Below are positions 19,067 through 26,542 of a DNA stretch of 28,471 nt, in pieces. Where the stretch lies: IMG/VR virus record IMGVR_UViG_3300020369_000015, positions 1-28,471 of that record, one strand, 5' to 3'. The notes under the pieces are model-generated. The model was given only the letters and a program-made list of their open reading frames with translations. It searched no databases and was not told the origin of the DNA. This DNA comes from a virus (lineage: Duplodnaviria; Caudoviricetes). Position numbers and translations under genes: made by a program. Numbering within the stretch: the first letter of the stretch is position 1; every line of letters starts with the position of its first letter.

Positions 19067-19754
19067 TGCTGCCCCCTTGCTGAACTTGATTTGCTCTGAT
19101 GGATGCGCAGTATTTGCGCCAGGCTTTCTGATGAACCGATAAGCCCCGGTAAGTGCTGGTTAAATCGCCCTCACGCCAAACGTTAAACCACGATTCGATT
19201 TGTTCTTTGCTGGCTACCAGCCCCACTGATGATGCCAACGCGAGCCAGTCGTCCGAGAACAAAATTTCCTCGCGCGCGTAAACATCATCATCTATAGGTT
19301 TATCTGGTTTGTGTTGTTCCTCATTTTTTCTTAAGTTAACAACGTTTGGCGGCAAGCCCTTGCCAGTCGTGGCCTGTGTCGATTTTTGCTTATTGGTTGT
19401 TCCTTGGTTGCTCTCTGGTTGCTCCTCAAAAGCGCCCAAAAACGCCACAGCCTTTGCGCATCGGTACTCAGCGGCCTTGTTGTTGGCTAATGAACCCTTG
19501 GCGACCAGTTTTATCAGGCTAACCCGAATAAGCTGATCAACGGCGTGGCGCAATTCCCCACGACTTGGGCGGGTGCTGGGCTTGGTTGAGCCGCGCGGCG
19601 GTATATGCTCCATATCCTGTGCCATTCGCCGGTACGAGACAAACACGCAGCCCGTTGCGAAATCCATGTTTCGCCGAAAACACCGCACATACAGCGCCAC
19701 GGCGAACGGTGGCAACTCGTTGTCGCCCAACGCATCCATTTCAAGCTGATTCAT
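18933..19754 (-). CDS. Replication initiator (O position)
   Basis: N-terminal wHTH-like region (LYVRCFRRNMDFATG), linker with iteron-like repeats; ATG 19754 with AGGAGG RBS. Confidence 0.65.
   Translation of the reverse strand: MNQLEMDALGDNELPPFAVALYVRCFRRNMDFATGCVFVSYRRMAQDMEHIPPRGSTKPSTRPSRGELRHAVDQLIRVSLIKLVAKGSLANNKAAEYRCAKAVAFLGAFEEQPESNQGTTNKQKSTQATTGKGLPPNVVNLRKNEEQHKPDKPIDDDVYAREEILFSDDWLALASSVGLVASKEQIESWFNVWREGDLTSTYRGLSVHQKAWRKYCASIRANQVQQGGSNEVNQRNGTTGGQYRNATAETLGRCRERAQAGIGVGDFDFSDEA
19394..19426. repeat. Three tandem 11-bp repeats, putative ori iterons
   Basis: TGGTTGTTCCT / TGGTTGCTCTC / TGGTTGCTCCT inside initiator gene; related copy near 19311. Confidence 0.6.
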
Positions 19755-20301
19755 TATGCGAGCCTCCTGCCAGTTCACTCAGCGTTCGAAGATCGCCCGC
19801 AATGCTTTTGAATAATTTATCAATGGTAGGATCAAGGTATTTACCCAACTCAGCTAGTGCGGCAATTTTCGTATCGATTAAATCAGGGGGCTGCAGGTGC
19901 TTAAGCCGGTCGATAGTGGTGAGTTTCTTTTTAACTTTCACCAGGGCAGCGTCTACGTCACTCACGCGCGGTTTGGTAAAGTCCATTTTGGCAATGGGGG
20001 CCAATGGCCGCTCAGGAGTAATTTTAGCAAGCGGTGCAGCTGCTAAATCCGGTTTTTTGGTAGCATCGCTTCCCAGTAGCTCGGTTAATTCCTCGTCGAG
20101 ATCTGACTCAGGGGTTGAAGCCTCAAAGTTGATACGCTCCCACCTTTTATCGTCGTGGCGAATTACCTTGTTATAGCGTTTTGCCAAACCAAGCAATTTG
20201 GCAGTAGCTGTATGCTCACTGTGCGTGATCGATGCAAGTTCAGCGCTGGTGTAACGCTGGCCACGCTCCATGGCGTGAATTATTGTGTCGTAGCTGGCCA
20301 T
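19741..20301 (-). CDS. Hypothetical early protein with N-terminal wHTH-like region
   Basis: 186 aa; YTSAELASITHSEHTATAKLL; in-operon with RBS. Confidence 0.7.
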   Translation of the reverse strand: MASYDTIIHAMERGQRYTSAELASITHSEHTATAKLLGLAKRYNKVIRHDDKRWERINFEASTPESDLDEELTELLGSDATKKPDLAAAPLAKITPERPLAPIAKMDFTKPRVSDVDAALVKVKKKLTTIDRLKHLQPPDLIDTKIAALAELGKYLDPTIDKLFKSIAGDLRTLSELAGGSHNESA

Positions 20302-20394
20302 ACAGCCCCCTATTTTACGTTGTTAAATTGCTCCTAAGTGGTTTATGGTTAAGGGGTCTAAAACTTAAACAATCACCACAAAGGAGCAAAACCC

Positions 20395-20544
20395 ATGTCA
20401 GCACACTTGGTAGAAGTCGAATTAAACAAATTCATTAAGCACTACCAGCAAGAAATGCGCTTATTAAACCAGCGAATAACAGTTTTAGAGGCTGAAATTA
20501 AGCAGTTAAAATCTGCTCAGCCTAAAAAACCTATTAAACGCTAG
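20395..20544 (+). CDS. 49-aa coiled-coil protein, antisense to early operon (not in ORF track)
   Basis: AAGGAG RBS; MSAHLVEVELNKFIKHYQQEMRLLNQRITVLEAEIKQLKSAQPKKPIKR fills the gap between minus-strand genes. Confidence 0.7.
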   Translation: MSAHLVEVELNKFIKHYQQEMRLLNQRITVLEAEIKQLKSAQPKKPIKR

Positions 20545-20779
20545 GTAATTTCGTTATTAGGCGTTCTAACTTTTCTAGCAGTGCTCGCCTAAATTCACTT
20601 TCCTCTTCGACGCAGGCCAGCATTTTTCTTTCATAATCGCCGGCATCAAACACTCCGAAATTGCTGTCCTCGATGTTCACAGATGACTCATCGCCGACCA
20701 CGATCTGCAATATCCCATCATCAGCTTCAACAACTTTGACGGGCTCTTTTGTGTGATTTATTACTGTGAAAGTTTTCAT
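20534..20779 (-). CDS. Hypothetical protein
   Basis: 81 aa, GGAG RBS, ATGA overlap with upstream gene. Confidence 0.65.
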   Translation of the reverse strand: MKTFTVINHTKEPVKVVEADDGILQIVVGDESSVNIEDSNFGVFDAGDYERKMLACVEEESEFRRALLEKLERLITKLPSV

Positions 20780-20997
20780 TGTTTCTCCAGGTTAATTGCC
20801 TCGGCTGCAACGCGGCATCGGCCATGTAATACATCATCAATAAGAATGATGGAGTTAATCACCTCGGCCACCACGGCGGTGGTATTGCCGTCAAAACACA
20901 CCCGGCGATCAATGTCGTGCGCGCCAATCACCGGTCGAACGGTATCGCCCGGTTTAAATTTAATGGTGGATGCCGGAGTGCGTAGATAGGTTGTCAT
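20776..20997 (-). CDS. Hypothetical protein (possibly SH3/KOW-like)
   Basis: 73 aa, KFKPGDTVR motif, tightly packed in operon. Confidence 0.6.
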   Translation of the reverse strand: MTTYLRTPASTIKFKPGDTVRPVIGAHDIDRRVCFDGNTTAVVAEVINSIILIDDVLHGRCRVAAEAINLEKQ

Positions 20998-21132
20998 TTA
21001 CATCACCCACGTACTAGCAATGGTGCCCAGCGGCAAACCGAAGAACAGCGCAAAGAGGATGCCGCCCAGGAGTTGAATTAAGAAACGGCCTACTTTGGTT
21101 AAATCTTTACTGCGACGTTGATGGTTATACAT
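20998..21132 (-). CDS. 44-aa single-TM protein (not in ORF track)
   Basis: AAGGA RBS; MYNHQRRSKDLTKVGRFLIQLLGGILFALFFGLPLGTIASTWVM; fills gap exactly. Confidence 0.65.
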   Translation of the reverse strand: MYNHQRRSKDLTKVGRFLIQLLGGILFALFFGLPLGTIASTWVM

Positions 21133-21144
21133 AGTGATTTCCTT

Positions 21145-21450
21145 TTACACTTCGACCGGATCACCCTTAAGGGTGTTGGCCATAATGGAACGGTACCGAT
21201 CAATCCGTTGGTTAATGCCGCTGATTGTTGAGTCAGCGCGGTGAATGTCTGCCGGGTTTTTCATGTCTGATTTGTGCGCTTCAATGAGCGCTATATCAGC
21301 ATGACAAGCTGCAATCATTTTGGGTAAAAATGAGCTCGGCACGTGGCTGAGGTGTGTTTGTGTTTTTAGCCACGCCTCTGCAGCCATATCTGCCAGGTGT
21401 ACAAATCTTGATATATAACCCTGAGTGTCTTGTTTTCTTTGTTTACTCAT
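21145..21450 (-). CDS. Hypothetical protein in cII position
   Basis: 101 aa, ATGA overlap with cro; no CII motif recognised. Confidence 0.65.
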   Translation of the reverse strand: MSKQRKQDTQGYISRFVHLADMAAEAWLKTQTHLSHVPSSFLPKMIAACHADIALIEAHKSDMKNPADIHRADSTISGINQRIDRYRSIMANTLKGDPVEV

Positions 21451-21701
21451 GCGGCACCCTCTACATCATGCAGATCATTAAAAATAGCGGCGATATCAGG
21501 CCTTACATCGCGAGGCTCTATGATTGAATCAGGTGTTATTTCCGCGGATGCATCCCGTAAAGCTTTGCACATTTCAATTCCCGCTTTTCTCGGCGTGTAA
21601 GCCAACTGGCTAAGATAGCCAATCGACGTGTTAGCCTTTTCTGCAAGAGCATCTCTTACCTCTTGTGACTTGTTTTCACTTAACCATTGCTTAATGTTCA
21701 T
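21447..21701 (-). CDS. Cro-like HTH regulator
   Basis: ALAEKANTSIGYLSQLA HTH and VRPDIAAIF tail; divergent from repressor. Confidence 0.85.
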   Translation of the reverse strand: MNIKQWLSENKSQEVRDALAEKANTSIGYLSQLAYTPRKAGIEMCKALRDASAEITPDSIIEPRDVRPDIAAIFNDLHDVEGAA

Positions 21702-21715
21702 ATCTCACCAATGCG

Positions 21716-21781
21716 TTACCATCTTGGTAATACTTTATACTTGACAAATGTTACCGTCAAGCTAATTTACCCATTAGGTAA
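21716..21781. promoter_or_regulatory. OR region: three operators and PR promoter
   Basis: TTACCATCTTGGTAA (21716), TTACCGTCAAGCTAA (21751), TTACCCATTAGGTAA (21767); minus-strand TTGACG-17-TAAAGT (21760-21732). Confidence 0.85.
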
Positions 21782-21808
21782 TGTATGGTTTTATATCGGA
21801 TATGATTA

Positions 21809-22261
21809 ATGTCAAAAAAATTGGACTTTGTTATGGACGTAAAAGAGGTTAGAAGATTAAACCTCGAATACCTGATCGCTAGTGCCGGATCAGTAAAAAG
21901 GATTGCCGAAATACTTGGCTCAAATGCTAGCTATATCAGCCAAGTACGAAATGGTAATGCAAACAAAACAATGGGCGATAGTACAGCCAGGAGGCTAGAA
22001 AAAGCGTTTGGAAAACCACATGGATGGATGGACAAGCTACAGTTTGACGATAATGAGAATTACGAAAAATTAAATGACGAAGAGTTGCTTACGCTTTCGG
22101 TAAGGACGGTAATTAACCAGCTGATCGCCGCTGGAATATATGAGCCGAAAAAGTCCATCGATATAGATGCTGTTTCGAGTTTAATCGTCACCGAATATAA
22201 ACGTTTACTCGGTGACAAATCAATCAAGCCGACTGGCGTTGACGGTAGGAATCAAGCTTAA
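21809..22261 (+). CDS. CI-like repressor (Xre HTH) without S24 peptidase domain
   Basis: RRLNL...IAEILGSNASYISQV...MGDSTARRLEKAFGKPHGWMD; short helical C-terminus; start may be ATG 21833. Confidence 0.88.
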   Translation: MSKKLDFVMDVKEVRRLNLEYLIASAGSVKRIAEILGSNASYISQVRNGNANKTMGDSTARRLEKAFGKPHGWMDKLQFDDNENYEKLNDEELLTLSVRTVINQLIAAGIYEPKKSIDIDAVSSLIVTEYKRLLGDKSIKPTGVDGRNQA

Positions 22262-22532
22262 CAATTTGTGCATTGTGCAAACTGCCATATGATATCGAAT
22301 TTTTTTCGATATACTCTAATAGCTGCTCTATTTTCTCTTCTCTTTCTTTTATAAATTCAATTGTTTTAAGGCCGTCATTTGACTGTTCTGACATTGCTTT
22401 AAGGTAGCGAATTTCAACTAACTTGGTTGCAATCTCGCTATCTTTCAATGTTACTTTTGGTCTTTTAAAGCACGCAATGTACATTATTAAAATTGATAAA
22501 AACGAAAGAAACGCTAGTAATATCGTGAACAT
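22224..22532 (-). CDS. Membrane-anchored protein (cassette gene C)
   Basis: AAGGAG RBS; N-terminal TM FTILLAFLSFLSILIMYIACF followed by KRPK and a charged helical domain. Confidence 0.75.
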   Translation of the reverse strand: MFTILLAFLSFLSILIMYIACFKRPKVTLKDSEIATKLVEIRYLKAMSEQSNDGLKTIEFIKEREEKIEQLLEYIEKNSISYGSLHNAQIVKLDSYRQRQSA

Positions 22533-23062
22533 ATATACTCCTTTAAAGATTCACCGATAAGCAAATAAGCAATTATGAGTGCTGATGACACATTAAGGAT
22601 CAATGTGTAAGCGTCCCACAACCACCAGTAACTCTGATACTCTGTATTAATTATTAACTCGCCATCAATCAAAAGTTCGCCTATATGATTTAAGCCCACA
22701 ACATTCCTATCTACGTGCATTAGAAACTGGAGAATGATGCACACGGAAAGGTTTACAAAAATAAAGCTCGATGTGAATGAAGGTCCGACTTTTAAAATAA
22801 AAAAGCCATAAAATAAAGTTGATGCCACATATAAAAGAAGGCGGGATGAGTATCTATATTGAACCTGCTCATCCCACTGCAAGCTTATTATCCAAGCGTA
22901 TACGAAATGGCCTATGGCATACATTAGTACAACCATCAACGAAGCCATTACTAGCTGTTTGTTGTTTGGCTTAAATTGCCAATTTATTATAAAGATTATA
23001 GCGGTAAGGATTACCGCCCATAAATCTATAATCCAGCCCATTGCAGTGGATAATTGAAGCAT
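22514..23062 (-). CDS. ~5-TM membrane protein (cassette gene B), 182 aa
   Basis: ATG 23062 with AAGGA RBS; five hydrophobic segments by eye. Confidence 0.8.
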   Translation of the reverse strand: MLQLSTAMGWIIDLWAVILTAIIFIINWQFKPNNKQLVMASLMVVLMYAIGHFVYAWIISLQWDEQVQYRYSSRLLLYVASTLFYGFFILKVGPSFTSSFIFVNLSVCIILQFLMHVDRNVVGLNHIGELLIDGELIINTEYQSYWWLWDAYTLILNVSSALIIAYLLIGESLKEYICSRYY

Positions 23063-23066
23063 TAAG

Positions 23067-23279
23067 TTAATCCTTGTTTTTATTCGTTCCTGGCTTCGGG
23101 TTTGGCCTTGGTCCGCCGTGGTCTGTGCCGCCCGCTCCAAGCGAGTTTACTTTGCAGGCCCATGGCGCAAAACCACAAACTAAACCTCTAAAATCATACT
23201 CGCTGCTAATTGCAAATGGTGAGTACACAAGCGATGTTACGGTCGCTAACATAAAAGCCTTTTTGACTGTTTTCTTCAT
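23067..23279 (-). CDS. Small secreted protein with Sec signal peptide (cassette gene A), 70 aa
   Basis: MKKTVKKAFMLATVTSLVYSPFAIS then SEYDFRGLVCGFAPWACKVNSLGAGGTDHGGPRPNPKPGTNKNKD. Confidence 0.75.
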   Translation of the reverse strand: MKKTVKKAFMLATVTSLVYSPFAISSEYDFRGLVCGFAPWACKVNSLGAGGTDHGGPRPNPKPGTNKNKD

Positions 23280-23398
23280 CTTAAAAATCTCTTGGTTAGT
23301 AGATGCAAAATTGCATACCAAATATTACCAATTAATAAGATTTTTAAACCCACCTAGCGCCCTTTTAGTTAACTTTACTGGTCTTACCAGTTTATGTA

Positions 23399-23460
23399 TT
23401 ACCATAATGGTATTGCTAAAATTTACCATTAAGGTAACAATAGCATTACCATAAAGGTGA
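23399..23460. promoter_or_regulatory. OL region: three operators and probable PL
   Basis: TTACCATAATGGTAT (23399), TTACCATTAAGGTAA (23423), TTACCATAAAGGTGA (23446); plus-strand TTGCTA-17-AACAAT. Confidence 0.8.
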
Positions 23461-23582
23461 GTAAAGTAATAATGATTACCTTCACTGCTGGTTGGTTGTG
23501 AGAAAAAGTTTTTTGAATATATCCGTTGAACAATGACGGTGGCAAGTAAACATTGTATTTATACAATACATTAAGGTTATTT

Positions 23583-24449
23583 ATGATTGAATATGGAAAA
23601 AGTAACATTTCGTTAAATGACGATATTGATAATTTGATTTTGAAGTTTAACGATCTGGTCAAAATAATATCAGATGCAATTAATTTCACCGTGAGTTCTA
23701 ACATTATCAAGGAAGATGGCTTTATTTTTGTAGACGTATGGCGGGATCATCAAGACCAACTCATCCGAACAGTTAGCAAGCGTCACAAGCCGTCAGAATT
23801 TAAAGATGCGCTAACCAAAATATGCGGTGAGTTACAGGGAATTGTTACTGATAATTGTCTAACGGAAGGAGTTGAGCATTCTGGTTTATCGATAGGGCCA
23901 TTGCCTCGTGGTTTTTATTCGCAACTGCAAAGTAATGATCATATCGACTTTGGGAATATCCAGGCGCTGAAATTTAATATTGAAGATATCGCGCATTCCC
24001 TTTCCAATTTATGCCGCTTCAACGGCCACACAAGCACTTTTTACTCCGTTGCCCAACACAGTGTACTGGTTAGCTGTATTGTGCCGCGTGAGCATGCCCT
24101 GGCAGCCTTGCTGCATGATGCTGCAGAAGCTTACTGCGGTGATGTGGTAAGTCCCCTAAAAGCACTGCTGCCAGTCTATCAGGCTATCCATAACGATATT
24201 GAGCGAACCATATTTTTACAGCTGGGGCTCGAATACCCAGCCCCTGCTTGTGTTCGTGATGCCGATATCGTTGCTTTAGCTACTGAGGTGCGCGACCTCA
24301 TGCCAAACAACCCAGCGCTATGGCACAACATTAGCGATATCGAACCCCATCACGAAATTATTAAACCCTGGACACCAGAGTCAGCAAAAGAGGTGTTTTT
24401 ACAGCGCTACTTTGATCTGCAGTCCAAAAACATCCAGCAAGCCAGTTAA
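23583..24449 (+). CDS. HD-domain phosphohydrolase (YfdR-like) with N-terminal extension
   Basis: IEDIAHSLSNLCRFNGH, YSVAQHS, LLHDAAEAYCGD, DADIVALATEVRDL; ATG 23583 preferred to TTG 23553. Confidence 0.88.
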   Translation: MIEYGKSNISLNDDIDNLILKFNDLVKIISDAINFTVSSNIIKEDGFIFVDVWRDHQDQLIRTVSKRHKPSEFKDALTKICGELQGIVTDNCLTEGVEHSGLSIGPLPRGFYSQLQSNDHIDFGNIQALKFNIEDIAHSLSNLCRFNGHTSTFYSVAQHSVLVSCIVPREHALAALLHDAAEAYCGDVVSPLKALLPVYQAIHNDIERTIFLQLGLEYPAPACVRDADIVALATEVRDLMPNNPALWHNISDIEPHHEIIKPWTPESAKEVFLQRYFDLQSKNIQQAS

Positions 24450-24458
24450 GGAGCAATT

Positions 24459-24821
24459 ATGGAAACTAATCCATTCGACAGTTTTATAACCGAAGTGGAC
24501 TCAGGTGCATTTCATGAACAAATTTCGGCGTTTTTGTCGGAAGTAGGTAAATCGATTTGTCGTTATGACAAAGGTGGAAAGCTGAATATCAGTTTTGATA
24601 TTAAACCGGTGCGCAACACCGCCCAGCAAGGTGCTGGCGTAAAAGTTGTGGTGGAAAGTAAGGCTAAATACATGCGCCCTACTCCAACAGGCGCAATTAG
24701 TGAAGAGTCCGCCACAGAAACCCCCATGTGGGTGAACAAGGACGGTTCAATTACTCTCCTGGCTGCGAGTCATGATGATTTGTTTCAGGGGTCAATATCA
24801 CCAATCGGTAAAAAAGGTTAA
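24459..24821 (+). CDS. Phage protein preceding DUF2303 (YfdP-like position)
   Basis: TAAGGAG RBS; ETPMWVNKDGSITL motif. Confidence 0.75.
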   Translation: METNPFDSFITEVDSGAFHEQISAFLSEVGKSICRYDKGGKLNISFDIKPVRNTAQQGAGVKVVVESKAKYMRPTPTGAISEESATETPMWVNKDGSITLLAASHDDLFQGSISPIGKKG

Positions 24822-24823
24822 TT

Positions 24824-25681
24824 ATGTTAGATAAAACAGCAATTCAAGAATTAAAACAGGATACCGGCGCCGCGCAGGCAAACAAAGATTTGCAGCAGGC
24901 GTTTGATAAATTTGGTTCAGATGCCGCCATATTGCCAGTGGTGGTAATGCCGGATGACTGCACCACCCTATCATTTGAAAAACACCTGCAATTCCGTACC
25001 CGTTTTCGCGGTGGATTTAAAACGCACGTTCCTGGTCAATTTGCTGCTTATTGTGCGCATTATTCCAAGTTGTATAAGTCGATGGATAGTCAGGTATTTA
25101 TTGATTCGGATTCGATGTCTGCAAAAGCAATTTTAAATCTCGGTGATTTGATGACGCCTGGACACTGCGATCACGATGCCGTCATCCAGTGCCGCAAAAA
25201 CGCCGCGTTTAAGGCAATGGAGTCGGTATGTAACCGCCGCCTTTCCCAAATGGAATTAAGCGACTTTATCGAGGACTGGAAAAACAACATTGCTGTCATG
25301 GGTCAGACCAACAAAGAAATGTTGCATGGTGTGGCGGTGACAGCTGTGCGTAAGGCGACGGTCGAAACTGTGCGGGCCATTGAGTCGGAGGTGGGCGATT
25401 TTGAAAACAGCGCAAGCGTTAGCGAACGCCGTGCCGCAAAGAATAAAGATGATCTGCCCAAGTTGATTACGTTTACGTGTGCGCCATACGACAGCTTTCA
25501 GGAGCGCGTTATCACGTTAAGGGTTGGTATGAACACGGGCAACGACGTACCTACGTTTGCCCTGCGAATTGTTGCCGAGGAGGAGCTGCGCGAATCCCTT
25601 ACCAACGAGTTCAAAGACATATTGATTGATGAGCTAACAGAAACGGCGTTTAAAGTTTTTGTTGGCAATTTTTCGGCTTAA
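24824..25681 (+). CDS. DUF2303 / YfdQ family protein
   Basis: MLDKTAIQEL, RTRFRG, PGHCDH, LSQMELSDFIEDW, FVGNFSA motifs. Confidence 0.88.
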   Translation: MLDKTAIQELKQDTGAAQANKDLQQAFDKFGSDAAILPVVVMPDDCTTLSFEKHLQFRTRFRGGFKTHVPGQFAAYCAHYSKLYKSMDSQVFIDSDSMSAKAILNLGDLMTPGHCDHDAVIQCRKNAAFKAMESVCNRRLSQMELSDFIEDWKNNIAVMGQTNKEMLHGVAVTAVRKATVETVRAIESEVGDFENSASVSERRAAKNKDDLPKLITFTCAPYDSFQERVITLRVGMNTGNDVPTFALRIVAEEELRESLTNEFKDILIDELTETAFKVFVGNFSA

Positions 25682-25715
25682 CTGATGGGGCCTTGCGCCC
25701 CGCTAAGGATTAGTC

Positions 25716-25904
25716 ATGAAGCATATTATTGTACTCGACGCCAATGAAGTGAAAGCGCTTGAGTTGATGTACATGGGGCTTGATAGCGCAGATGCAGCAA
25801 AATGGCCTGATGATGTGCAAAATGGTCTTTTGTCGGCTGGGGCGAAGCTGCATAAGGCGGTTACCCTTGAGGCTGTTACAGAAAAAAAGGAGTTGGTCGC
25901 GTGA
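25716..25904 (+). CDS. Hypothetical protein
   Basis: 62 aa, TAAGGA RBS. Confidence 0.65.
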   Translation: MKHIIVLDANEVKALELMYMGLDSADAAKWPDDVQNGLLSAGAKLHKAVTLEAVTEKKELVA

Positions 25905-26011
25905 AGAAATGGAAATTTAGTAACGCAGTGGTGCTCACTGCATTTGCTGGCGTGATGGCCTGGTGGGCTGTTTACGAACTGGTGATTTATATTGGAGGCG
26001 GTTATGCGTGA
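25901..26011 (+). CDS. 36-aa single-TM protein (not in ORF track)
   Basis: AAGGAG RBS, GTGA overlap; MKKWKFSNAVVLTAFAGVMAWWAVYELVIYIGGGYA. Confidence 0.6.
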   Translation: MKKWKFSNAVVLTAFAGVMAWWAVYELVIYIGGGYA

Positions 26012-26327
26012 GAATGACGTAGAGATCACCATTTGTATTGGTTTGTTCGGCGCCTGCGTGATCAGTATAGTGGGCGACGAAAGCGAGCTGGTGTATTTTG
26101 ATGTCTGTTCGTGGGGTGATGCCATTTGGTGTGATCAGTTGCCTGAGCACGAACAGCCTATTGAGGGTGTGTACAAAATCACTGTGGACGCTTGGGAAAA
26201 TGACACTCAAACCGCTGTGTGCTACGAGATAAAAGATTGCGAGCATTACAAGGTGGTTAAGCCAAAGGCAGTTAAGCCTGTTATTAGCAAAGACTGTGAC
26301 AATCAACTAAGTTTGGTGGGTGTGTAA
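26004..26327 (+). CDS. Acidic Cys-rich hypothetical protein
   Basis: ATG 26004 with GGAGG RBS; TAATG overlap with next gene. Confidence 0.7.
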   Translation: MRENDVEITICIGLFGACVISIVGDESELVYFDVCSWGDAIWCDQLPEHEQPIEGVYKITVDAWENDTQTAVCYEIKDCEHYKVVKPKAVKPVISKDCDNQLSLVGV

Positions 26328-26542
26328 TGGATATTATCATCGGTAAAGACATTGAGATCATGACCGGTTACAAGTTGCGCGCCTGTCAGGTTAGATGGTT
26401 TAAGGAAAACGGCATTACCTGCAAGGTGAGCGCCCGCGGCCAGGTGTGGACCTGCAAAGACTGGTTAAACGGGGCTGACAAGGAAGTAACTGCCGCAAAC
26501 GATGACAGCGGCTTTAACGCGGATTTTATGAAACATGGCTAG
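26327..26542 (+). CDS. Putative excisionase (DUF4224-like)
   Basis: IEIMTGYK...QVRWFKENGI..SARGQ motif; overlaps integrase start. Confidence 0.8.
   Translation: MDIIIGKDIEIMTGYKLRACQVRWFKENGITCKVSARGQVWTCKDWLNGADKEVTAANDDSGFNADFMKHG

Noticed and set aside
23377-23391. Possible LexA box
   Set aside because: CTG and CAG are separated by 7 nt, not the required 10
23074-23710. ORFs 23074-23454 (+) and 23429-23710 (-)
   Set aside because: Antisense to better-supported genes and run across the OL operators
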